Source: Clostridia bacterium
Lineage (GTDB): Bacteria > Bacillota > Clostridia > TANB77 > CAG-465
Reading direction: 5' to 3'
DNA length: 64,000 nucleotides
Assembly: GCA_028692955.1 (NCBI GenBank)
Contig: JAQUWH010000004.1
Span: forward strand, 14,407-78,406
Shown here: in pieces, positions 38,806-46,954 of the stretch
Layout of the letters: each line of letters opens with the position of its first letter
How positions within the stretch are numbered: position 1 is the stretch's first letter
Program-made: the position numbers and the translations under genes
The notes under the pieces: generated by a model
What the model was told of the DNA's origin: nothing
Database searches by the model: none
Seen by the model: only the letters and a program-made list of their open reading frames with translations

Positions 38806-41616
38806 ATGGATAATAGAAGAGGTATATCTCTTATCATGTTAATCGTTACAATCGTACTAGCTTTGATATTAATCATGTCAACTGCTGCTGTTGTTGGTAA
38901 CGCTATTAATAATTCTAGAATTACTACTTTTGCAAGTGATGTTCTTGAAGTAGAGGATGCTGTTAAAAGCTACTATACGCAACATGATGAAATGCCAATT
39001 CTTGGTGAAGATAAGGTTTATTCACAAAAAGAAATAGGAGAACTTGTTCAAAAGGGAAAACAATTAGTTTTATTTGAGGAGGAACTAGATTTAAATGGAG
39101 ATTTTAACGTAAATGGGGAACTTGGAGCTTTTTATATTGTAGATTTGGGAAAAATTGGAATTGAGCAAACATCAAGAGGATTAAAAAAGGATAATAGCGA
39201 TGTGTATGCGGTGTCATATCCCTCTTTTCATGTATATTATTTGAAAGGACTTAATACGAGAAAAACATCCTATTTTTCCATGACATCTAGATTATCTAGT
39301 TTGATAAAGACATTTAATAGAAAAACTACCGCTTTGAGTACACAAGTGACAACACAAATGGTGGAAGGAATTACTGTAAAAAAGATAAATAAAAAATGGA
39401 CAAATGTGCTTGGTGTTACGGTTGAAACTTATATTTCTGATACAAGTGAGTCTTTATATTTAAAAGTGCAAAATGGGGCTGAAGTGCTTATTCCAACAAA
39501 AACTGGTCAAAATGTATTACGATTAGATAGTCTTACAAAAGCATTAGCAGCAGATGGTACAAATTATACTTTAAACACAGATTTAAGTAAATATAACGCG
39601 GCACAACAAAAAGATAAATACATGGAAATTATTAAAAAGAAAAGTGGAAATATTGTTGGTAGAGTAAGAACAAATCTACAAGAATATGAAACAGAGATTC
39701 CTACTTTAAAAGGAGAAATTACACTTTATCCATCAGAAGAATATAACTTAGCTACTTTTTATATCGGTGACAATATTAGTGGCACAAAGGAAGTAAGATA
39801 TGAGTATTTAACAAAATTTAATTCTCAAACCTATCCAGAACCATACTATGCAGGAATAACTACCTATGAACCTTCGTATATCAAGGCAAGAGGGAAAAAG
39901 GCAACAGTGTCAGAAGATGGGTATGTGGAAATAAAAATACCAAAGGAAATAGAAGGAATTGAAGTAAGAGCTTTTGACAATGCGGGAAATGTTAGTAATA
40001 AAATAACGATTAGCAATAAACGTGATATCTATATTGGTATAAATGCCAAATATCTTACTAAAATAAAGAGTGTATTTGACATTGTATTTAATAGTAATTC
40101 TAAAATTACAAGTGCAAAGGTATCCATTAGTAACAATGCTTCTAATTTTACAGATCCCATTATACTTACAGTACCAACTCCTACATCAGGAATCGCTAAA
40201 GTAGAAGATATAAAGTTTAATAGTTTGATTAATTATACTGACACTATCTACGTAAAAATTTCTGCTATCAATGCAAATGGTACTACAGAAACCAGAATCC
40301 AAAAATTCACCTTAAATAATGTACAAACTGATTTGGTTACTCCTGGTATACTAGTAACAAAAAATACCTACTATTTGATGGATGGAAAATTAGCTATGAT
40401 TCCAAAAGGATTTGCTGTATCTACTAAAATAAATGAGCAAAGTATTGATAATGGACTTGTTATCTTAGATGAAATTGGTAATGAGTTTGTATGGGTACCA
40501 GTGGATAATATCGCTGATTTTGAAAGAGTAGATTGGCCAGTACAATTACGTACTGTTGCAGAAACGCCAGAAGATGAGGCAACAACAGAATATATGGCGA
40601 TGAAAGAAAGTGTCAGTTTATATAAAGGCTATTATATAGCAAGATATGAAGCAGGGATACCAAGTACCACATCTTCGACAACGATTAATCATAACACTAA
40701 AGTAGACGGAAGTATCAAACCAGTATCAAAAAAAGGAGCAGGCGTTTGGAACTTTATATCTTGGGGAACATCAGCTAACACAGTGAGTCCTGGAAATGGA
40801 GCAGTAACAGTAGCAAGAGCAATGTATCCAAATGATAGTAGAAATCAAACAGGAGTTATATCAACATTATGCTATGATGTACAATGGGATATGGCATTAA
40901 GGCTTATCGAGAAAAAGGACCCAATATATCCGGGAGATAGCACAGGAAAAGGAAATTATACAGGAAAAATTTCTACTACAGGCGATAAATCGGAATATCA
41001 AAGAAATAACATATATGATATGGCAGGGAATATGTTTGAATATACAATGGCATCTTACAATTCTAATACAAAAGTTGTACGTGGTGGTAGTTATATTTGG
41101 GTAGATAGTAAAGTTCCGGCAGGTTATCGTGATGGGCGCTCATACGCAGACATCTATGAAAGTTTAGGCTTTCGTGTAGCATTATATATTAAACCTGATA
41201 TGAGTGATGCAGTAAATGTTGATCCAATTTATAAAACATCAAATGCAATGGACATACTTTGTAAGCTTAGTACTCGAAATTTCTATAAATATAACGATGA
41301 GGAGGCGTATGTAGCAATCGTATACTTTACTTCTGCAACTTCAGAGAGTGATTATATGGCACCTTTGTTAGTTGGTCCAACATCATCCTCTGTTGTGTAT
41401 TGTACAGACCATGATATGCAACCACTTTCAGCAACGGGTAGTTTTACATATAACGGTAAAACATATTACTATTCTAGTACTGGTCAATGGATGTCAACAA
41501 CAGTTTATACAACCAATCGAGTTCTTTTAAATACTGCATCCACAAGATATATTAATTCAATTTCTGGCATGGAAGATGCTGCGAGAGACTTATTAAAGAA
41601 ATGTCTTAATTATTAA
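38806..41616 (+). CDS. modular pilin-like surface protein: pilin-like N-terminus + head, Ig-like modules, one FGE/CLec-fold module, unassigned C-terminal module (family member 2)
   Basis: The SD GAGGTG is followed by MDNRRGISLIMLIVTIVLALILI. There is an Ig-like region containing VRYEY. FGE motifs are NEFVWVPV, GYYIARYE, CYDVQWD, NIYDMAGNMFEYT, RGGSY and GFRVALYIK. The C-terminal module contains YCTDHDMQPL. Confidence 0.75.
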   Translation: MDNRRGISLIMLIVTIVLALILIMSTAAVVGNAINNSRITTFASDVLEVEDAVKSYYTQHDEMPILGEDKVYSQKEIGELVQKGKQLVLFEEELDLNGDFNVNGELGAFYIVDLGKIGIEQTSRGLKKDNSDVYAVSYPSFHVYYLKGLNTRKTSYFSMTSRLSSLIKTFNRKTTALSTQVTTQMVEGITVKKINKKWTNVLGVTVETYISDTSESLYLKVQNGAEVLIPTKTGQNVLRLDSLTKALAADGTNYTLNTDLSKYNAAQQKDKYMEIIKKKSGNIVGRVRTNLQEYETEIPTLKGEITLYPSEEYNLATFYIGDNISGTKEVRYEYLTKFNSQTYPEPYYAGITTYEPSYIKARGKKATVSEDGYVEIKIPKEIEGIEVRAFDNAGNVSNKITISNKRDIYIGINAKYLTKIKSVFDIVFNSNSKITSAKVSISNNASNFTDPIILTVPTPTSGIAKVEDIKFNSLINYTDTIYVKISAINANGTTETRIQKFTLNNVQTDLVTPGILVTKNTYYLMDGKLAMIPKGFAVSTKINEQSIDNGLVILDEIGNEFVWVPVDNIADFERVDWPVQLRTVAETPEDEATTEYMAMKESVSLYKGYYIARYEAGIPSTTSSTTINHNTKVDGSIKPVSKKGAGVWNFISWGTSANTVSPGNGAVTVARAMYPNDSRNQTGVISTLCYDVQWDMALRLIEKKDPIYPGDSTGKGNYTGKISTTGDKSEYQRNNIYDMAGNMFEYTMASYNSNTKVVRGGSYIWVDSKVPAGYRDGRSYADIYESLGFRVALYIKPDMSDAVNVDPIYKTSNAMDILCKLSTRNFYKYNDEEAYVAIVYFTSATSESDYMAPLLVGPTSSSVVYCTDHDMQPLSATGSFTYNGKTYYYSSTGQWMSTTVYTTNRVLLNTASTRYINSISGMEDAARDLLKKCLNY

Positions 41617-41629
41617 AAATATTGAGTGA

Positions 41630-41664
41630 AGTGATTAAATTAGAATATAATTTAGTCACTTTTT
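41630..41664 (+). terminator. rho-independent terminator between cluster genes 1 and 2
   Basis: 12-bp stem AGTGATTAAATT/AATTTAGTCACT (one G:U pair), loop AGAATAT, T4. Confidence 0.7.
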
Positions 41665-41770
41665 CTTAATATTTGAATTGCTAGTATTAAATTAGCAAAA
41701 AGACTTGAAAAAAAAGTAAAAACCGTATAAAATTAAGATGTGATATAATTGTTACAAAAAGAGGGATAAT

Positions 41771-44700
41771 ATGAGATTAAAAAAAGGTATAACATTAATT
41801 GTTTTGATACTTACTATCATTTTAGCATTGATTTTGGTTACAGCAACGACACTTGCTATAGGAAATTCAGTTGAAAATGCAAGACTTGCTGCTTTTGCCA
41901 ATGACTTAAAGGAAGTAAAAGACGCTGTAAAAGTATATTATATGGAAAATGACTTTTTCCCTACAGATGCTGATAATATGGAAGCTTTATCACAGAAAGA
42001 GATTTTTACATTAATAAAAAATAAAGTAATATTTAAACAAGACTTATCAGTTAACAATGATTATAATGAAAATGATGATTTAGGAGCCTTTTATAAAATA
42101 GATTTAAAAGTATTGGGAATAGAACAAACAATAAGAGGGATAAAGGAAAATGGACAAGAAGACGACATCTATGTTGTTTCTTACCCATCTATGCAAATAT
42201 ATTATATTGCTGGGGTAAAAGCCAAAAGTAATACTTACTATTCATTAAGCACAAGATTAACAGATGTCGTGAAAGTAGTCAACGCTCCTACAGAGTATCC
42301 AGATAATGACATACAAAGTGCTTATGGTATGACAGTAAAAAAGTTAAAAAAAGTGTGGACTAACACTTTAAATATCAGCATTGAGGCACAAATGGCAGCT
42401 ACAGAAGGACTTTATTTAAAGGTGCAAGGAGGAACAGAAAAAAAGATAACAACTACTGTGGGACAAAATATTTTTAAACTAGATAGTTTTGATAAAATAT
42501 ATTCACAAAATACGAATACAATTCTAAACACCAATATACCAGCAACTGATATTAATAATTTCAATAATAGCATACAGGATAATAAATATATAGAAATTAT
42601 AAAAAAAGATGAAGAAAAAGCAAGTGTTGTTGGAACAATAAAAGTTAGTCTTTCCAATTACGAAACCAATATCCCTGTCAAGGCTTCTGATTCAATATTG
42701 ACACCGGGAGAGGAATATAATACTGTTACTTTCAAAGCTTTTGATGCAACAAGTGGAGTAAGGGAAGTAAGATATGAATATTTAAAAAAATTTGATGAAA
42801 GATCAACTTTACCTTCATCATATTATGATGGAGTAACAGAGTATGACCCATCATATATCAAAGCAAGAGGTAAGAAAGCAGAAATTGGTGAAGATGGTAC
42901 TGTAAAAATTGACATTCCAAAAGAAATTGAAGGAATCGAAATACGTATTTTTGATAGAGCTGGAAATGTTAGTGATAAAATACTACAAAGCAATAAAAGA
43001 AATATATGGGTAGGAATTGAGAGAGTTATCTTCTCTGCGGATATGGCTAGATTTTTATTTACCTTTAATAGTAAAACAAATATTACAGAAGCAAGTGCTC
43101 AAATTAGTGGCGACGGGAAAACATATTCTAAATCAACGCTATTATCCGTGCCCAATGTATCAAATAATATTGCTAGTATAGAAGCAACTTTTACGGATAT
43201 TAACATACAAGATACAATATATGTAAAAGTATCTGCTAAAAATGCAAGTGGCGATACTGAGACAAGAGTGAAAAAGTTTAATGTTACGGGAGAAGCTGTA
43301 AAGGATAATATTGGAAAGTTAATGAGTTATAGCCAAACAATAGACGGTAGAGCAGCAGGTACCTATCAAAATCCAATCATACCAGCAGGTTTTGCAGCTG
43401 TTAATACAGTTGATTCAAAATGGGATGCAAAAACGGGACCTGAATATAACAATGGTCTTGTGATTGAAGATGCCATTGGTAATCAATTTGTATGGGTACC
43501 TGTACCAAATATAGCTAATTTTAAAAGAATGGATTGGGCTAAACAAAATTATACAGTTGCGCAAACTCCAGAAGATGAAACAACAGCTGAATATATTGCA
43601 ATGAAACAAAGTGTTACTGAAAACAAAGGATTTTATATAGCACGTTATGAAGCGGGTATACCAGGTACAACATCATCTGTAACTACCAATCATAATACAC
43701 CAACAGATGGAAGTATTAAACCAGTATCAAAACAAGGAGTAGGAGTATGGAATTTTATTACTTGGGGAGTGATTAATAATACGGTAAATCCGGGAAATGG
43801 TGCTGTGACGTTGGCTAGGTCTATGTATCCTAGTAATGCTGAGAATCATTCAGGTGTTATATCTACTTTATGTTACGATGTGCAATGGGATGCTACGTTA
43901 AAATTTATGCAGGGTAAAGATTCGGAATATATCACAAATAGTACTGGAAAGGGAAACTATAAACCAAACCCTATGGCCGTTACAGGTAGTAAAGAAGAAT
44001 ATAAAGTATGTAATATATCAGATATGAGTGGAAACTTTTGGGAATGGACTATGGCTTCATATGGTAGTACTGATAGGGTATTACGTGGTGGAGACTTTAC
44101 CTGGTTTCCTACTGACCGACCGGTATCTTATCGTGGTTCGCTTGACTTTAGTGGTACGGGAGGACAATACTACACAATGCGTCCAACATTATATATCAAA
44201 GGAACTGGTGAAGGTACTAAAAATCCAAGTGATTTAATTGGATTAAATCAAGCAGAAAAAAGTAGAAAACCATATATTCCGACTCAATTTGAATGGGTAT
44301 CTGGAACTACAGTAGATACTGGGTATGTGATTAGAGGCAGTGATGGAAGTGAGTTTGTATGGGTACCAGTAGATGGCACTAAAATAAAATATGAGAAATG
44401 GTGTACAACAGGATTATCTTATACAGTTGTTACCAATGTGCCAGATAAAGATTATCCTACTGGGATTACCTCCGCTAATGAAAAGGTAATTGTAGATAAG
44501 GCTGGTGGGTTCTATGTGGGAAGATATGAGGCTGGCGTACCAGAAGGTCAGACTAAAATAGATGGAGCATCTGCTGCAACATCAAATGTATATGGAAAAC
44601 CAGTAAGTAAAAAAGGCGCAATATCTTGGACTAACATAGATTATATACGTGCCAATGGTAATGCCATTAGCTACATCAGTAATACAGAAGTAACAAGTGG

Positions 44701-45085
44701 TTTGGTAACTGGAACATCATGGGATACTGTAATGAAATGGATAGACAGTAGTGGTAAAAATGTTATGACAAACAGTGCATCATGGGGAAATTATTATAAT
44801 AGTACATTTATATATACAAATAGTGTGGGATTAAATGTTACTAAACCAATTAATAGCGCTGCAAAAATTCCTACTGGAAGCACTGAATATACTATTTCGA
44901 ATAATATATATGATATAGCAGGTAACGTAAATGAATGGAGTCTAGAAAAAAATAATACTAACTATATTATTCGTTCTGGGTATTATGGAGACATGACACC
45001 AGCTGCTAATCGTGCGGCATATATTATTAATACTCTAACTAATGAAAATTTGGGATTTAGATTAATGCTTTATGTAAAAATATAG
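41771..45085 (+). CDS. modular pilin-like surface protein with two tandem FGE/CLec-fold modules (family member 3)
   Basis: The N-terminus is MRLKKGITLIVLILTIILALILV, and the head and Ig modules are alignable with member 2. FGE module 1 has NQFVWVPV, GFYIARYE, CYDVQWD, NISDMSGNFWEWT and RGGDF. FGE module 2 has SEFVWVPV, GFYVGRYE, SWDTVMKW, NIYDIAGNVNEWS and GFRLMLYVK. Confidence 0.75.
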   Translation: MRLKKGITLIVLILTIILALILVTATTLAIGNSVENARLAAFANDLKEVKDAVKVYYMENDFFPTDADNMEALSQKEIFTLIKNKVIFKQDLSVNNDYNENDDLGAFYKIDLKVLGIEQTIRGIKENGQEDDIYVVSYPSMQIYYIAGVKAKSNTYYSLSTRLTDVVKVVNAPTEYPDNDIQSAYGMTVKKLKKVWTNTLNISIEAQMAATEGLYLKVQGGTEKKITTTVGQNIFKLDSFDKIYSQNTNTILNTNIPATDINNFNNSIQDNKYIEIIKKDEEKASVVGTIKVSLSNYETNIPVKASDSILTPGEEYNTVTFKAFDATSGVREVRYEYLKKFDERSTLPSSYYDGVTEYDPSYIKARGKKAEIGEDGTVKIDIPKEIEGIEIRIFDRAGNVSDKILQSNKRNIWVGIERVIFSADMARFLFTFNSKTNITEASAQISGDGKTYSKSTLLSVPNVSNNIASIEATFTDINIQDTIYVKVSAKNASGDTETRVKKFNVTGEAVKDNIGKLMSYSQTIDGRAAGTYQNPIIPAGFAAVNTVDSKWDAKTGPEYNNGLVIEDAIGNQFVWVPVPNIANFKRMDWAKQNYTVAQTPEDETTAEYIAMKQSVTENKGFYIARYEAGIPGTTSSVTTNHNTPTDGSIKPVSKQGVGVWNFITWGVINNTVNPGNGAVTLARSMYPSNAENHSGVISTLCYDVQWDATLKFMQGKDSEYITNSTGKGNYKPNPMAVTGSKEEYKVCNISDMSGNFWEWTMASYGSTDRVLRGGDFTWFPTDRPVSYRGSLDFSGTGGQYYTMRPTLYIKGTGEGTKNPSDLIGLNQAEKSRKPYIPTQFEWVSGTTVDTGYVIRGSDGSEFVWVPVDGTKIKYEKWCTTGLSYTVVTNVPDKDYPTGITSANEKVIVDKAGGFYVGRYEAGVPEGQTKIDGASAATSNVYGKPVSKKGAISWTNIDYIRANGNAISYISNTEVTSGLVTGTSWDTVMKWIDSSGKNVMTNSASWGNYYNSTFIYTNSVGLNVTKPINSAAKIPTGSTEYTISNNIYDIAGNVNEWSLEKNNTNYIIRSGYYGDMTPAANRAAYIINTLTNENLGFRLMLYVKI

Positions 45086-45110
45086 TTAAGAATAATTAAG
45101 AGGTAAAAAT

Positions 45111-46676
45111 ATGAAAAAAAAGAATGGTATTTCACTGATTTATTTGGTGTTACTCATTGTTGTTACATTAATTATAGTAGGTACAGTTATTGTGAATATG
45201 GATGTCCCGTCAGAAAGTACAAAGCTTAGTACTTTTACGAATAATGTAACACAAATACAAGAGGCAGTGAGAGCTAGTTACATGTTAGATGGAACAATAC
45301 CACAAAAAGATGGCACTTTGCCATTAACAAAAGATGAAGTGATTGCAAGGGTATATGGAGATAATAGAGAGGCCTTTAGAACAGAGTTGATACTAAATAA
45401 TGAAAATCCATATGTGAAGTTTTTGGAACTTGATCTTGGTAAATTGGGCATAAAAAAAGAAAGATATGGCTTTGGTGAAAAAGGGGCCGATGATATCTAC
45501 GTTGTAACAACAGATACTTTAAGAGTATATTATCTTTATGGTACAGATTACAAGGGAGAAAGGTATTTTTCTCTTAATAGCAAAATAGCAAGTATTTTGG
45601 ATATATCATATAGTGAAGAAGATAGTTCTGAAACTACTTCAACTATGTACAGTGGTATCTTTATTACGAAGAACAATGCACTAGCTACGAATGATATGGG
45701 AATTCATATTACTGCTAATATGAGTACAGGTGAAACGTTAAAAATAGGTTTTCAAGGTGCCACAGAAAGAATCATTACTACCAATGCTGAAAAAAATGTT
45801 TTTTCATTTGGAAATCTAGCTGAATTAAATAATCTTAATATTCTAAATTCAAAATTTAGTGCTACCGATATCAACACATTTAATAGTTTATCGGGAAGTA
45901 ATAAAAAAATACAGATAACAAAATATAGAGGTACAGACATTGTTGCCAAACATGTGATTGATTTATCTAACTACGATGGTGTGACTCCTAGTATATCAGA
46001 TGTTACTTTTACTCAGTATACAGGGATGAAGATGCTTCAAGGAACAGCTAGTGATGCTGACAGTGGCATAGAGCAGGTAAGATATGAATATATTAATAAA
46101 CTTGATAAAAAGACACCATATTATGATGGCGTAATCAATATTGATGATGTGTATATGAAAAATAAAGCAAAAAGTAGTGAAATTACTGCTGATAATAAAT
46201 TTACAATTAAGGTACCAAATGATGTTGGTGAAATTATGATAGCAGTCATTGATAAAGCTGGTAATATTACAAGATATACTAGAAGTGATGATTCAATGTA
46301 TAAGATTTCAACTGCAATGGAGCAAATATGTCAAATTCACGGTAGAAATTATTATAAATACAATAATGAAGAAGCGTACGTTGGAGTGGCCTATTTTTAT
46401 TCTGATGCAAATCCTGTCATGATGGGTCCAGTACTTGTTAGTACATCAGAATCAGCTGTTACATACTGTACTGACCATGATATGCAACCACTTACGACAT
46501 TAGGAAGTTTAACATATAATGGAAAAAAATATTATTATTCCAGCAATCAACAGTGGTATCAATTTACAGATTGTACAACAGATAGAGTAATTATAAATAG
46601 CCTGGCTAATAAGTATGCAGTTAACGTTAAAGACGCAGCAATAGGATTGTTAGATAAAGTTTTCAATAAACAATAA
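45111..46676 (+). CDS. modular pilin-like surface protein: pilin-like N-terminus + head, Ig-like module, unassigned C-terminal module, no FGE module (family member 4)
   Basis: The N-terminus is MKKKNGISLIYLVLLIVVTLIIV and there is an Ig-like SGIEQVRYEY segment. The C-terminal module is homologous to that of member 2 (YCTDHDMQPL, TYNGKKYYYSS). It lies 25 nt after member 3 and so is probably co-transcribed. Confidence 0.75.
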   Translation: MKKKNGISLIYLVLLIVVTLIIVGTVIVNMDVPSESTKLSTFTNNVTQIQEAVRASYMLDGTIPQKDGTLPLTKDEVIARVYGDNREAFRTELILNNENPYVKFLELDLGKLGIKKERYGFGEKGADDIYVVTTDTLRVYYLYGTDYKGERYFSLNSKIASILDISYSEEDSSETTSTMYSGIFITKNNALATNDMGIHITANMSTGETLKIGFQGATERIITTNAEKNVFSFGNLAELNNLNILNSKFSATDINTFNSLSGSNKKIQITKYRGTDIVAKHVIDLSNYDGVTPSISDVTFTQYTGMKMLQGTASDADSGIEQVRYEYINKLDKKTPYYDGVINIDDVYMKNKAKSSEITADNKFTIKVPNDVGEIMIAVIDKAGNITRYTRSDDSMYKISTAMEQICQIHGRNYYKYNNEEAYVGVAYFYSDANPVMMGPVLVSTSESAVTYCTDHDMQPLTTLGSLTYNGKKYYYSSNQQWYQFTDCTTDRVIINSLANKYAVNVKDAAIGLLDKVFNKQ

Positions 46677-46685
46677 TACAGTAAG

Positions 46686-46732
46686 CAAAGTGTATGACCC
46701 CCTTATTTGTAGGGAATTATACACTTTGTTTT
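46686..46732 (+). terminator. rho-independent terminator after pilin-like cluster
   Basis: Outer stem CAAAGTGTAT/ATACACTTTG, an inner CCCT/AGGG pairing, then TTTTG. Confidence 0.7.
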
Positions 46733-46954
46733 GCAAATATGCAATATAAAAAAATAAGCTAGAAAAAATAGTAAATTTTAAATTGTTTATATATAAAATC
46801 CATGATATAATACTTGTGTGATACTATGAAGATATTTATTATGTAGAAAATATATTTTGGTGGAAATTTAAAAAAATAAAATTTTTATATCGTTATATGT
46901 AGTTGAAAAATGTTATTAAACAAAATTTTCAAAATTAATTATAGGAGGTGTACT

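Noticed and set aside
38806-46676. Interpreting the FGE-type modules as catalytic formylglycine-generating enzymes or sulfatase maturases.
   Set aside because: The modules are extracytoplasmic fusions on giant surface-type proteins, occur in tandem, and have no sulfatase genes nearby. A non-catalytic lectin-fold binding role is more consistent, though active-site Cys conservation was not rigorously checked.
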